From an uncultured Candidatus Saccharibacteria bacterium (GTDB taxonomy: Bacteria > Patescibacteriota > Saccharimonadia > Saccharimonadales > JACDBH01): a DNA stretch of 64,000 nt. Within the stretch, counting starts at the first letter, position 1. Each line of letters starts with the position of its first letter. The stretch is taken from the NCBI GenBank assembly GCA_964644965.1, contig CAZXYN010000002.1, positions 3,075-67,074 on the forward strand, in the 5' to 3' direction. The translations under genes were made by a program, and so were the position numbers. This document shows positions 16,631 to 25,501 of the stretch, in pieces. Below the pieces are notes generated by a model. It was not told the origin of the DNA, did no database searches, and saw only the letters and a list, made by a program, of their open reading frames with translations.

Positions 16631-17554
16631 ATGAATATTGAGAAAATAATTAGACTTGAGCCTGGTCACTACGTGATTGCTGTTAGTGGTGGCGTCGATT
16701 CGATGGTGCTGATGCACCTACTGGCTCAAAAACACAATGACAAATCCAGCGGGCTGCGGTTCACGGCGGCGCATTTTGACCATGGAATCCGTGATGATTC
16801 GCACATGGATAGGCAGCTGGTTAGCGAGATTGCTCATAATCTAGGATTGCCATTTGTTTATGAAGAAGGCGGGTTGGGCGTTGATGCCAGCGAAGACTCA
16901 GCTCGTCAGGCGCGCTATGAGTTCTTGCACAAAGTACAGGCAAGTAGCGGGGCAAAGGCGGTTGTGACGGCGCATCATCATGATGACGTCGTAGAGACGG
17001 CGATTTTGAATCTGCTTCGCGGCACTGGCCGCAAGGGCATGTCATCGCTCAAATCTCGTGACGGCGTGGTTCGACCATTACTGCATGTACCAAAGAAACA
17101 CATCAGGTCTTACGCCGAAGCCAATGGGCTTACTTGGCACGAGGACAGTACCAACACCGACCAAAAATATCGTCGTAATTACATCCGCCATAGTGTGATT
17201 AAAAGAGCCAAGCAGAAATCACCGCGTGATTATCACCAGCTGATAACCTTGCTTCGCCGCCAGCGCGAGCTCAACGCGGCAATTGATCAGCAACTAGAAA
17301 CCGTTCTGCACGTGCAGCCAAAACGTACGCAACTACGGCGGAGTGATGTGGTGCATCTGCCTTACAAAGTAGCCACCGAATTGGTGGCCGAGTGGCTTCG
17401 TAGTAATGGCAAACGCGGCTTTAACCGCTGGCTGGTAGATAGATTAACGGTTGCAATCCGTACGGCTCAACCGCAGACCGAACTTCTGCTGGATTCAAGC
17501 TCTAAGGTTAAATTCAGCAAAAACAACGTAGAATTCATCAAGATTACACAGTAG
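16631..17554 (+). CDS. tilS: tRNA(Ile)-lysidine synthase
   Basis: PP-loop VAVSGGVDSMVL and AHHHDDVVET. It lies immediately upstream of ftsH, a conserved synteny. Confidence 0.9.
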   Translation: MNIEKIIRLEPGHYVIAVSGGVDSMVLMHLLAQKHNDKSSGLRFTAAHFDHGIRDDSHMDRQLVSEIAHNLGLPFVYEEGGLGVDASEDSARQARYEFLHKVQASSGAKAVVTAHHHDDVVETAILNLLRGTGRKGMSSLKSRDGVVRPLLHVPKKHIRSYAEANGLTWHEDSTNTDQKYRRNYIRHSVIKRAKQKSPRDYHQLITLLRRQRELNAAIDQQLETVLHVQPKRTQLRRSDVVHLPYKVATELVAEWLRSNGKRGFNRWLVDRLTVAIRTAQPQTELLLDSSSKVKFSKNNVEFIKITQ

Positions 17555-17588
17555 TCACGAACCAATTACATCTGTATAATGGAGCCAT

Positions 17589-19463
17589 ATGGAGAAAAAA
17601 CCGTTTAGTCCTAAAAATAATTCTAGTGGAGGAAATAACAAACGAAGCCTAAAGAATGCTGGCTTTATTGCCATGCTAGTTCTTATCGCCGCCGTGGTAT
17701 TTGCTGCTTATAATCAACCAACCAAACTAGAGGAAAAGCCTTATAGTCAGGTTGTCTCAGAGGCCAACGAAGGCAAGTACGAAAAGCTAACTATCTCTGG
17801 TAGTCAGGTAGAAGTCACTGAAAAGGGCGAGGAAGAGGCAACAATTATCTCGCAGAAGGATCCGAACTCAACTATCGCTGATGATGGTATCGATACCGAA
17901 AAGGTGCAGGTAGAGTACGAAAAACCAGATGACGGTGGCGGAATGCTGGCTCAGCTTGGTATCGCGCTGTTACCAGTCATCTTAATTGGTTTCATCCTAT
18001 TCTATATGCTGCGTAGCGCTCAGGGGCAAGGCAACCAGGCAATGAGTTTCGGCAAAAGCCGGGCAAAACTCTATGGCAATGAAAAGAACAAGGTATTATT
18101 CAAGGACATTGCTGGTTCTGAAGAGCCAAAGCAAGACCTAGAAGAGATTGTAGAATTCCTGAAATACCCTAAGAAATTCGAAGGCGTTGGTGCCAAGATT
18201 CCAAAAGGTGTCTTGCTAGTAGGGCCTCCTGGTACTGGTAAAACAATGTTGGCGCGAGCAGTCGCTGGCGAGGCAAATACGCCGTTCTTTAGTATCAGTG
18301 GTTCCGAATTCGTAGAAATGTTTGTAGGTGTTGGTGCAAGTCGTGTTCGTGATTTGTTTGCTAAAGCAAAAAAGAATGCTCCTTGCATTATATTCGTCGA
18401 CGAAATCGATGCTGTTGGCCGCCGTCGTGGCTCTGGTATGGGTGGTGGTCATGATGAGCGCGAACAGACCCTCAATCAGATTTTGGTAGAAATGGATGGA
18501 TTCGAACAAGGCGCTAACGTGATTGTGCTAGCTGCAACCAACCGTGCCGATGTGCTTGATCCTGCCCTGCTTCGTCCTGGACGTTTTGACCGGCGCGTAA
18601 ATATAGGACTACCTGACCGCAAAGACCGCGAAGCTATTCTAAAGATTCACTTCAACAAAAAGCCACTCGGCAAAAAAGTTGATCTAGACGCACTAGCCGC
18701 CAAGACAGCTGGTAGTAGCGGTGCTGACCTAGGAAACATCGCCAACGAAGCAGCAATTCTAGCGGCACGCGATAACCGCAAAGAAATCACTCAGGCCGAT
18801 GTAACTGGCGCTTTTGAGAGGGTCGCAATTGGGCCAGAGCGCAAGAGCAAGATTATGTCAGACAAGGACAAGGAAATGACAGCCTATCACGAGGCTGGAC
18901 ACGCGATTGTTGGCCATGTGCTACCAGACAGTGACATGGTACACAAAGTCACCATAATTCCGCGTGGTGGCACTGGCGGTGTGACGTGGTTTATTCCACC
19001 AGAGGACAAGAGCTACCACAGTATTATTGAATATAAAGATATATTGGCCCGCATGCTCGGTGGGCGTATTGCAGAAGAAGTCATCTACGGGTCAGACCGC
19101 GTGACAACTGGTGCTGGTTCTGACCTGCAGAAGGCGGCTGAACTTGCCCGCGAGATGGTTGTGAACCAGGGTATGGGTAGCGGCAAGCTGCGCAACCAAG
19201 TCTTCCATGTCGAAGAAGGCATGATGATGGAGCGCATGGTGCACGAAAAGCAATTCTCTGAAGATACTGCCAAGCTGATTGATGACGAGGTAGAAACTCT
19301 GATTACCGAGGCAGCCACGCGTGCCCGCCAGGTCATTGAATCAAATCCTAAGGAACTAGAAGCTCTCAAGGATGCTCTGATTAAGAAAGAAACTGTCGAA
19401 GCCGAAGAAGTCATTGAGATTCTAAAAGACAGCAAGATGCCAAAAACCGCTGCGCTTTACTAA
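17589..19463 (+). CDS. ftsH: ATP-dependent zinc metalloprotease FtsH
   Basis: GPPGTGKT Walker A, IIFVDEID Walker B, SRH region, HEAGHA zinc site, and N-terminal TM segments. Confidence 0.97.
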   Translation: MEKKPFSPKNNSSGGNNKRSLKNAGFIAMLVLIAAVVFAAYNQPTKLEEKPYSQVVSEANEGKYEKLTISGSQVEVTEKGEEEATIISQKDPNSTIADDGIDTEKVQVEYEKPDDGGGMLAQLGIALLPVILIGFILFYMLRSAQGQGNQAMSFGKSRAKLYGNEKNKVLFKDIAGSEEPKQDLEEIVEFLKYPKKFEGVGAKIPKGVLLVGPPGTGKTMLARAVAGEANTPFFSISGSEFVEMFVGVGASRVRDLFAKAKKNAPCIIFVDEIDAVGRRRGSGMGGGHDEREQTLNQILVEMDGFEQGANVIVLAATNRADVLDPALLRPGRFDRRVNIGLPDRKDREAILKIHFNKKPLGKKVDLDALAAKTAGSSGADLGNIANEAAILAARDNRKEITQADVTGAFERVAIGPERKSKIMSDKDKEMTAYHEAGHAIVGHVLPDSDMVHKVTIIPRGGTGGVTWFIPPEDKSYHSIIEYKDILARMLGGRIAEEVIYGSDRVTTGAGSDLQKAAELAREMVVNQGMGSGKLRNQVFHVEEGMMMERMVHEKQFSEDTAKLIDDEVETLITEAATRARQVIESNPKELEALKDALIKKETVEAEEVIEILKDSKMPKTAALY

Positions 19464-19892
19464 TACTCTTAACTTCTTCGGATGAAGAAGCAAATCGTTA
19501 CCTTTTTGTGTCGACAAAAAGGTAACCCAAAAAACTCGGCCAAAAATGTCTCTTGGCTTAGCCAGTTGTCAAAAGACACAACGCCTCGGACGACTCCTTA
19601 CAGTCGACCCAGCAAGTTTCATAGTTGAGTTGCTGGGCTAAGTCCTCGGCAATTGTTGTGCTTTTGAGCAACGCCTAAACCAGGAGCCATTTTCATGGCC
19701 AATAAGCCCAAGGACAATCCGCTGTACAGCGGATGACCACAAGAACATAAGCATAACTCCAAAAAAGATAAACGAGTTATCTGCTTTGGAGAGCGCGGGA
19801 GTCGGGGTTTTGTACTGGGGTTGTTTTGATGAACAGCGTGAGCCGTTCCAACCTGTTCCAAAGTCCCCTCTCCCGCTTGTTGCTCTCTGCTT

Positions 19893-20279
19893 CTACATGA
19901 AGTCTCCTGGGTACAGCGATGCTGCTTCGCGAGCAAGCTCGTCATTGCCGAAGTGCCGACGGGCGCGATTGTACACCTCGGTCGTCGAAAGGTAGTCATC
20001 CTCCTCATCGAAGTCGTCGTAGTCGGCCTCAGCCTTCTTGGGATCGCACTGGAAGCAGGACTTGAAGGGTCTCGTCGAAACGGCGACTCCGTGGCAGGTG
20101 CTGCAGCGATGCAGAACACCTCGGCGGATGAGCTCGTCGTAGAAGAGCTGCATCTGCTCGGGCTTGACGTCAATGCCGGTGCCGTAGAGGCTTGTGCTCT
20201 GGCGGGAAGTGCTGAAATGCCGAACGAAGTGCTCGACGATTTCGGACTCTTCTTGAGTGAGTTCAGTAGCGGTGGTCAT
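19893..20279 (-). CDS. Hypothetical 128-aa CxxC...CxxC (zinc-ribbon-like) protein on a GC-rich island
   Basis: ATG preceded by AAGGAG 6 nt upstream. Motifs are C-ST-C and C-FQ-C with an acidic DYDDFDEEDDY stretch. Codons are strongly G/C-ending, unlike neighbouring genes. Confidence 0.6.
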   Translation of the reverse strand: MTTATELTQEESEIVEHFVRHFSTSRQSTSLYGTGIDVKPEQMQLFYDELIRRGVLHRCSTCHGVAVSTRPFKSCFQCDPKKAEADYDDFDEEDDYLSTTEVYNRARRHFGNDELAREAASLYPGDFM

Positions 20280-20510
20280 GGATTGCTCCTTGGGTTGTGA
20301 TCTTTTGATCGGGTGAGTCCCAGAGTTCGTAACTGGAGTAGAGACCACGATTATTCGTGAGCTTTATTCCAGCTACAAATAGGAAGCAACAGGGAGCAAT
20401 GCCTCTATATCTTTACAGATACAGGGGTCTGACAGAGAGCTTTTAAGTTTCGTGCTAAGGGTAAACCTTGGCACAATACACATTGTAGCATAAGCTTGAT
20501 AAAAAGTCAA

Positions 20511-20593
20511 CCTCGTAGTGAGCTTTCTAGACTCCGCCCTTGGTGGACTAGGGCTGCCCTTGAGGGCAGCCAACTCGAAAGTCTACTACGGGG
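20511..20593 (+). repeat. Family-2 structured hairpin element, copy X (83 nt)
   Basis: Basal stem CCTCGTAGTGAGCTTTC / GAAAGTCTACTACGGGG with a central G-U/A-C/G-U. Apical hairpins are CCGCC-CTT-GGTGG and GGCTGCCC-TTGA-GGGCAGCC. It is flanked by GTCAA on both sides. Confidence 0.7.
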
Positions 20594-20773
20594 TCAATAT
20601 GTTGGCTACTCTTCTATCATCTTGTGCTGGCAATCATGGCAACGGTCAGCCATAATAGTAGTGAATGAATCCCGTAAGTAAGCAACAGATCGGTACTGTA
20701 TATTATGCGCATGAATATGCGGTAAGTGTTAGTGCGTCTCATTTATGTTGGCTAGAAGGTAACTACTAACGGT

Positions 20774-22405
20774 ATGAAAAGCCGTATTCTTAGCCGTGCC
20801 AATAAGAAAGTGTCCTTTGGTGGCGCAGCTACATTATTAGTTGTAACTGCCATGATTGGCCAGGTCTTAGGGTTTTTGCGTGTAAAGTTCATCAATGCCA
20901 ACTTTGATGCGCTTGGTCCGCACAGTACCGACGCTTTTTTTGCGGCCTTTAAGATTCCTGATTTCTTCTTCTATACAGTTGCTGCCGGTGCACTTGGTGT
21001 TGCCTTTATCCCTGTTCTGGCCGATCGGCTAGAAGAAAAAGATCGCAAGGGTGCCTGGGAATTATCTTCTAGCCTATTGAACTTGCTAGCTATAGTAATG
21101 TCGGTAGTAGGTGTGCTGCTATTTGTGTTTGCCGAACCGCTGATTCACTACGTCGTTGCGCCAGACATGAGCCCTCAGCAGTTGCACAACGCGGTGTTGA
21201 TTATGCGGCTGATTTCATTCAACCCACTGCTGTTCACGATTGGTGGTATTTTGACGGCGGCTCAACAGACTATGGGGCGGTTCTTTTATTTTGCGGTGGC
21301 TCCCTTGTTCTACAACATCAGTATTATTATTTCGGCAATTGTATTTAGTAATGTTGGGTCGAATGACGGTGGGCCGAACAATCTAGGACTAGTTGGTCTA
21401 GGAGTTGGTGCGCTGATTGGTGCGATTTTGCAGCTGGTGGTCATAATTGTTGGTATGGGTGGACTGAAGTATCGTTGGCACCCAAAGATAAACTTCCGGT
21501 CCAGGCACTTCCTGATGGTGCTGCGTCAGCTGCCGGCACGTTCGATTGACCAAGGTATTGATTCGATCAACTCAATTGTAGAGACCAACTTTGCTCGTAG
21601 ACTTGGCACAGGCTATCTGAGTTACTACGAAAATGCCTACACGCTGCATACAGCACCGATTTTGCTTATTGGTTCGGCAATATCAACAGCTGCTTTTCCA
21701 CGTATGAGCGAGCGGTTGGCGCAAGGGCGGCGTGATCTTTTCCGTAAGGAATTCTTACAAATACTGCGAATTATGATCTGGATTACGGTGCCAGTAGTAG
21801 TGGTGTCATTCTTTGCACGAGGCTATCTGGCGCGCGTTATCTTTAGTCGTGACGCGCCGGAGATTGCGGCTATTTTTGGCTTTTTGTGTGCGGCAATATT
21901 CTTCCGAGTCATTTACTCAATTGTGTCGCGCTATTTCTACGCCCAGAAGGACACCTTGACACCACTATTCGTGTCTATATTTGCTATTGGATTGAACATT
22001 TTCCTGGCCTGGCATTTATCAAGGCCATGGAATTATGGCGTGGCTGGGCTGGCGATGGCACAATCTATTGTTGCAGCTGCGGAAGTATTTATCCTGTCGG
22101 CAATCATGGTTTATTACGATCACAAGCTATTTGATAAGGAGTTCTGGAGTGGTATTTGGCGAATTATGTCAGTAACTGGCTTTAGCGTCGTAGCAGCTTA
22201 TACGATGGTGCAAATATTCCCACTGCAATCAGGAGATGTTGGATTTGTGACGCTTGGCTTTAAGCTCATGCTGATTACAATCGTTACCGGCGTCACCCAT
22301 GTTGGACTGTCTTATCTATTTGGGCTAGAAGAAGCCGAACCGGTCATTCGCAAGCTCAAGCAATTGATGCGCATTGTCCTAAGGCCAGTACACATCGACT
22401 GGTAA
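20774..22405 (+). CDS. murJ: Lipid II flippase MurJ/MviN
   Basis: 543 aa with ~14 TM segments. The N-terminal region (SRxLGFxRxxxIA-like: GQVLGFLRVKFINANFD) and overall architecture match MurJ. Confidence 0.85.
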   Translation: MKSRILSRANKKVSFGGAATLLVVTAMIGQVLGFLRVKFINANFDALGPHSTDAFFAAFKIPDFFFYTVAAGALGVAFIPVLADRLEEKDRKGAWELSSSLLNLLAIVMSVVGVLLFVFAEPLIHYVVAPDMSPQQLHNAVLIMRLISFNPLLFTIGGILTAAQQTMGRFFYFAVAPLFYNISIIISAIVFSNVGSNDGGPNNLGLVGLGVGALIGAILQLVVIIVGMGGLKYRWHPKINFRSRHFLMVLRQLPARSIDQGIDSINSIVETNFARRLGTGYLSYYENAYTLHTAPILLIGSAISTAAFPRMSERLAQGRRDLFRKEFLQILRIMIWITVPVVVVSFFARGYLARVIFSRDAPEIAAIFGFLCAAIFFRVIYSIVSRYFYAQKDTLTPLFVSIFAIGLNIFLAWHLSRPWNYGVAGLAMAQSIVAAAEVFILSAIMVYYDHKLFDKEFWSGIWRIMSVTGFSVVAAYTMVQIFPLQSGDVGFVTLGFKLMLITIVTGVTHVGLSYLFGLEEAEPVIRKLKQLMRIVLRPVHIDW

Positions 22406-22437
22406 CAGAGGTAGAAATCTGTTAGACTTGTGGATAA

Positions 22438-22560
22438 ATGAAACAGGACCACATCCGGAACTTCTGCAAACTTGAGACACCCATTCTGGGTTTCTCAACG
22501 CGCCAGCAAAATGGAATACATTTTGTCGGGCTGTTCTTCCCAGCTGGTGGTAAGTCGTGA
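22438..22560 (+). CDS. 40-codon leader ORF: relic lepA N-terminus read through repeat copy B
   Basis: ATG AAA CAG GAC CAC ATC CGG AAC TTC TGC (MKQDHIRNFC) parallels the lepA start VNQSHIRNFC. The frame stays open through the repeat and ends at a TGA overlapping the lepA GTG (GTGA). Confidence 0.4.
   Translation: MKQDHIRNFCKLETPILGFSTRQQNGIHFVGLFFPAGGKS
22471..22541 (-). repeat. Family-1 two-hairpin repeat, copy B (inverted orientation)
   Basis: Reverse complement reads GGGAAGAACAGCC CGACAAAATG TATTC CATTTTGCTG GCGC GTTGAGAAACCCAGAATGGGTGTCTCAAG. Confidence 0.8.
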
Positions 22561-24338
22561 ATCAGTCGCATATCCGGAACTTCTGTATTATTGCGCATAT
22601 AGATCACGGCAAATCTACGCTAGCTGATCGCTTGCTGGAACTAACCGATACCGTGCAGAAGCGAGACATGAAAGCGCAGCTGCTGGACAAGATGGACCTA
22701 GAGCGCGAAAAGGGAATTACTATCAAGCTGACCCCTGTTCAGATGGAATACAAGGGCTATCAGCTAAATCTAATCGATACACCAGGGCATGTCGACTTTA
22801 GCTACGAAGTATCGCGTAGTCTTGAGGCTTGCGAAGGCGCAATCTTAGTCGTAGATGCCAGTCAGGGCATTCAGGCGCAGACACTCGCCAATGTCTACTT
22901 GGCAATGGCAGCCGATCTGAAAATTATTCCAGTATTGAATAAGATTGATTTACCGGCGGCTGACGTGCCTAGAGTATCGGCAGAGGTTGTTAGTCTACTT
23001 GGTTGTGACGAAAGTGAAATACTCCACATCTCTGCCAAGACCGGCGAAGGTGTGCCGGCGGTGTTAGATGCTGTAGTAGAACAAATTGACTCGCCAAAAG
23101 GAAGTGGTGATACAGAAACACGGGCTCTAATATTCGATAGTTACTACGATGATTACCGAGGGGTTGTACTATATGTCCGCATTGTAGACGGTGAAATTAC
23201 CAAAGCCTCTGACATCACCATGATGGGAACACAGAGTCACGGTTTGGCTTTAGAAGTTGGAAAACTTAGTCCTGGTATGACACCAACCTCATCACTCAGA
23301 ACAGGAGAGATTGGCTACATTGTGACCAATCTCAAATCTACCCGCGAGGCAAAAGTTGGTGATACGGTGACGCTCAGTAAATCCCAAGCAGCCGAGGCAC
23401 TACCCGGCTACAAAGAAGTGAAGCCGTTTGTTTATGCCGGTATATTTCCAGAAAGCAATGAGTACTACAATGAGCTCAAAGAAGCTGTCGAAAAGCTGTC
23501 GCTCAGTGATTCAGCGTTGCAGTACGAGCCAGAAAATTCACCAGTTCTAGGATTTGGTGTGCGGGTTGGCTTCTTGGGGCTACTGCACATGGAGATTGTC
23601 CGCGAGCGTCTGGAACGTGAATACTCTTTGAGCTTAATTATTACTAATCCAAGCACCGACTATCACGTCAAACTTCTGAACGGCGAGCAAGTGGACATAA
23701 AATCTGCTAGCAGCTTGCCCGATCCTGCTAAGATTGCATCTATTGCCGAGCCGTGGATAAAAGGCGAAATCGTCGTGCCGAAGGAATATGTAGGTGCGGT
23801 CATTCAGCTAATATCGCAAAAGCGTGGACTACAAAAAGGGCTAAGCTTTGTCGATGCACAGTTGGCTCTAGTTAACTTCGAAGCACCACTAGCTAACTTA
23901 CTAACAGACTTTTATGATCAGCTCAAAAGCGTGACCAGTGGCTACGGATCGTTCAATTACGAACTGGGCGAATACCGCGAGGAAGATTTGGTGCGCGTAG
24001 ATTTCTATGTTGCCAGCGAGATTGTCGGTGCGCTTTCTGTGATGGCTCACAAAACAGAAGCTGATGCACTTGGGCGCGAGACCGTTGCCAAGCTTAAGGA
24101 AGTCATACCACGGCAGAACTTCAAGGTAGCCTTGCAGGCAGCAATCGGCGGTAGATTTATTGCCCGCGAAGATATTTCGGCTTATCGCAAGGACGTAACT
24201 AGTGGGCTCTACGGTGGTGATGTATCACGTAAGAAGAAGGTGCTAGCCAAGCAAAAGAAGGGCAAGGAACGTCTAAAACGCTTTGGCAAGGTAGATATCC
24301 CAGCCGAAGCCTTCACAGTAATGCTGAAACGAGATTAA
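22557..24338 (+). CDS. lepA: Elongation factor 4 (LepA)
   Basis: IRNFCIIAHIDHGKSTLADR G1 motif, DTPGHVDF, NKIDL, and the LepA-specific C-terminal domain. GTG start. Confidence 0.97.
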   Translation: MNQSHIRNFCIIAHIDHGKSTLADRLLELTDTVQKRDMKAQLLDKMDLEREKGITIKLTPVQMEYKGYQLNLIDTPGHVDFSYEVSRSLEACEGAILVVDASQGIQAQTLANVYLAMAADLKIIPVLNKIDLPAADVPRVSAEVVSLLGCDESEILHISAKTGEGVPAVLDAVVEQIDSPKGSGDTETRALIFDSYYDDYRGVVLYVRIVDGEITKASDITMMGTQSHGLALEVGKLSPGMTPTSSLRTGEIGYIVTNLKSTREAKVGDTVTLSKSQAAEALPGYKEVKPFVYAGIFPESNEYYNELKEAVEKLSLSDSALQYEPENSPVLGFGVRVGFLGLLHMEIVRERLEREYSLSLIITNPSTDYHVKLLNGEQVDIKSASSLPDPAKIASIAEPWIKGEIVVPKEYVGAVIQLISQKRGLQKGLSFVDAQLALVNFEAPLANLLTDFYDQLKSVTSGYGSFNYELGEYREEDLVRVDFYVASEIVGALSVMAHKTEADALGRETVAKLKEVIPRQNFKVALQAAIGGRFIAREDISAYRKDVTSGLYGGDVSRKKKVLAKQKKGKERLKRFGKVDIPAEAFTVMLKRD

Positions 24339-24345
24339 TCTCCTC

Positions 24346-24418
24346 GGGAAGAGCAGCCAGAGCACCAGGCTTTGCCTGTGCCCTGCGTGATGAGAAACCC
24401 CGAAGGGGTGTCTCATTA
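24346..24418 (+). repeat. Family-1 two-hairpin repeat, copy A
   Basis: GGGAAGAGCAGCC AGAGCACCAGG CTTTG CCTGTGCCCT GCGT GATGAGAAACCCCGAAGGGGTGTCTCATTA, beginning 7 nt after the lepA stop. Confidence 0.8.
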
Positions 24419-24424
24419 GGTCCC

Positions 24425-24457
24425 AAGCCTTCACAGTAATGCTGAAACGAGATTAAT
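24425..24457 (+). repeat. Exact 33-nt duplicate of the lepA 3' end
   Basis: aagccttcacagtaatgctgaaacgagattaat is identical to 24307-24339 (last 10 codons plus stop). The two copies flank an 85-nt segment containing repeat copy A. Confidence 0.9.
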
Positions 24458-24582
24458 ACAGGGCACATTGCGGCGATTTCAGATGTGCTCCGCGTCAACA
24501 GTATTCAGATACAGTTGACTTGCGGTGCTCCTGTAAATCACCACACTGCACTCCTGTATTACTCTCGATTTCGAGCAGACCT

Positions 24583-24635
24583 CGGAAGATCAGCCGAGTG
24601 CCCCGGCTTTACAAGAACCTCGAGGGGGGTCTCAT
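24583..24635 (+). repeat. Family-1 repeat, degenerate/truncated copy A'
   Basis: CGGAAGATCAGCC GAGTGCCCCGGCTTTACAAG AACCTCGAGGGGGGTCTCAT parallels the 5' box and terminal hairpin of copies A and C. Confidence 0.5.
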
Positions 24636-24700
24636 CCTCATCGGACTAAAACCTCCATCGTCGCCTAACCCCTGTAAAATAAAAACTTGTAAAAATCACC

Positions 24701-24733
24701 CCTGTAAAAGGCCTGGCCTTTTACAGGTTGTTC
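24701..24733 (+). terminator. Strong hairpin plus T-rich tract (likely terminator of the lepA unit)
   Basis: CCTGTAAAAGGCC-T-GGCCTTTTACAGG 13-bp stem followed by TTGTTCTTT. Confidence 0.6.
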
Positions 24734-24814
24734 TTTGACAATTTTGTAAGCATAACTGACTTATCCCTAGATTGCTTATGTTTTTTTGTCTGTCCTGCTA
24801 CAATTATTCTAGAT

Positions 24815-25501
24815 ATGGACAAACAGACAGCAATCGCTCGCGTTGAGGGGCTTCAAGCCAATTATCAAGCAAACGACCAAGTACAGGGGCAGCTATCGCA
24901 TGTGAACTTGATTGCGGTTGTCGGTCCAACTGGTGCTGGCAAGTCTACAGTTGTTCGTCAATCTGGTCTGCCATTTGTAATCGGCGATACTACTCGCCCG
25001 CCTCGTGAGGGCGAAATCCAGGGCAGGGATTATAATTTTCGATCAGATTTTAACAATGTTGTAGAAGAGATTGAAAGAGGTGAATTTGTGCAATTCGTCG
25101 TACAGCGTGCCAGCGAGATTTACGGCACCAAAGCGAGCTCTTTTCCGTCTAGTGGTGCCTGCGCAATGTCGATTCTTGCTAGTGCCTTGCCTAGTTTCAG
25201 AAAGCTTGGATTCGCCAGTGTTGTGCCAGTATATATCGTGCCGCCAAATCATACCGAATGGATGCACCGAATCAGTGCTCATCGTGACAAAGACCTAGAA
25301 TCTCGACTGCTAGAAGCCAAAGAATCTCTCCGGGTAGCATTGAGCGATCCGACATATGTTTTTGTGCTAAATGATCAGCTAGATGCTGCGGTAGAATCAC
25401 TGCGGGCAGTGGTACGCGGAACGGTAGACCAGACGGCTTCAGCTCGAGCTCGCTCGTCCGCAAATACGTTGTACGAGCACATACAACGCGTGATTCGCTA
25501 G
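24815..25501 (+). CDS. Guanylate-kinase-like P-loop kinase
   Basis: VGPTGAGKST P-loop and GDTTRPPREGEIQGRDYNF (Gmk signature TTR.PR.GE..G.DY.F). The start is moved to the MDKQT Met, with TACAAT 10 nt upstream. Confidence 0.7.
   Translation: MDKQTAIARVEGLQANYQANDQVQGQLSHVNLIAVVGPTGAGKSTVVRQSGLPFVIGDTTRPPREGEIQGRDYNFRSDFNNVVEEIERGEFVQFVVQRASEIYGTKASSFPSSGACAMSILASALPSFRKLGFASVVPVYIVPPNHTEWMHRISAHRDKDLESRLLEAKESLRVALSDPTYVFVLNDQLDAAVESLRAVVRGTVDQTASARARSSANTLYEHIQRVIR

Noticed and set aside
19619-20173. 184-aa ORF overlapping the island gene in another frame on the same strand, plus plus-strand ORFs 19786-19995 and 19953-20300.
   Set aside because: They are typical spurious open frames caused by locally high GC. 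Only the 19893-20279 frame has an RBS and a sensible amino-acid composition.
24346-24418. Possible hammerhead ribozyme, suggested by the GATGAG plus GAA motifs in family-1 repeats.
   Set aside because: GATGAGA pairs with TCTCAT to form a simple hairpin. There is no CUGAUGA core/stem II/GAAA/stem III arrangement and no cleavage-site triplet context.
24307-24457. Diversity-generating retroelement (template/variable repeat) as the explanation for the duplicated lepA 3' end.
   Set aside because: The two 33-nt copies are identical with no adenine-specific differences, and no reverse transcriptase is nearby.
24520-24738. 72-aa ORF in the lepA-downstream spacer.
   Set aside because: It spans repeat copy A', the CTGTAAA motifs and the terminator hairpin. 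It has no RBS and a Pro/Cys/Arg-rich composition.
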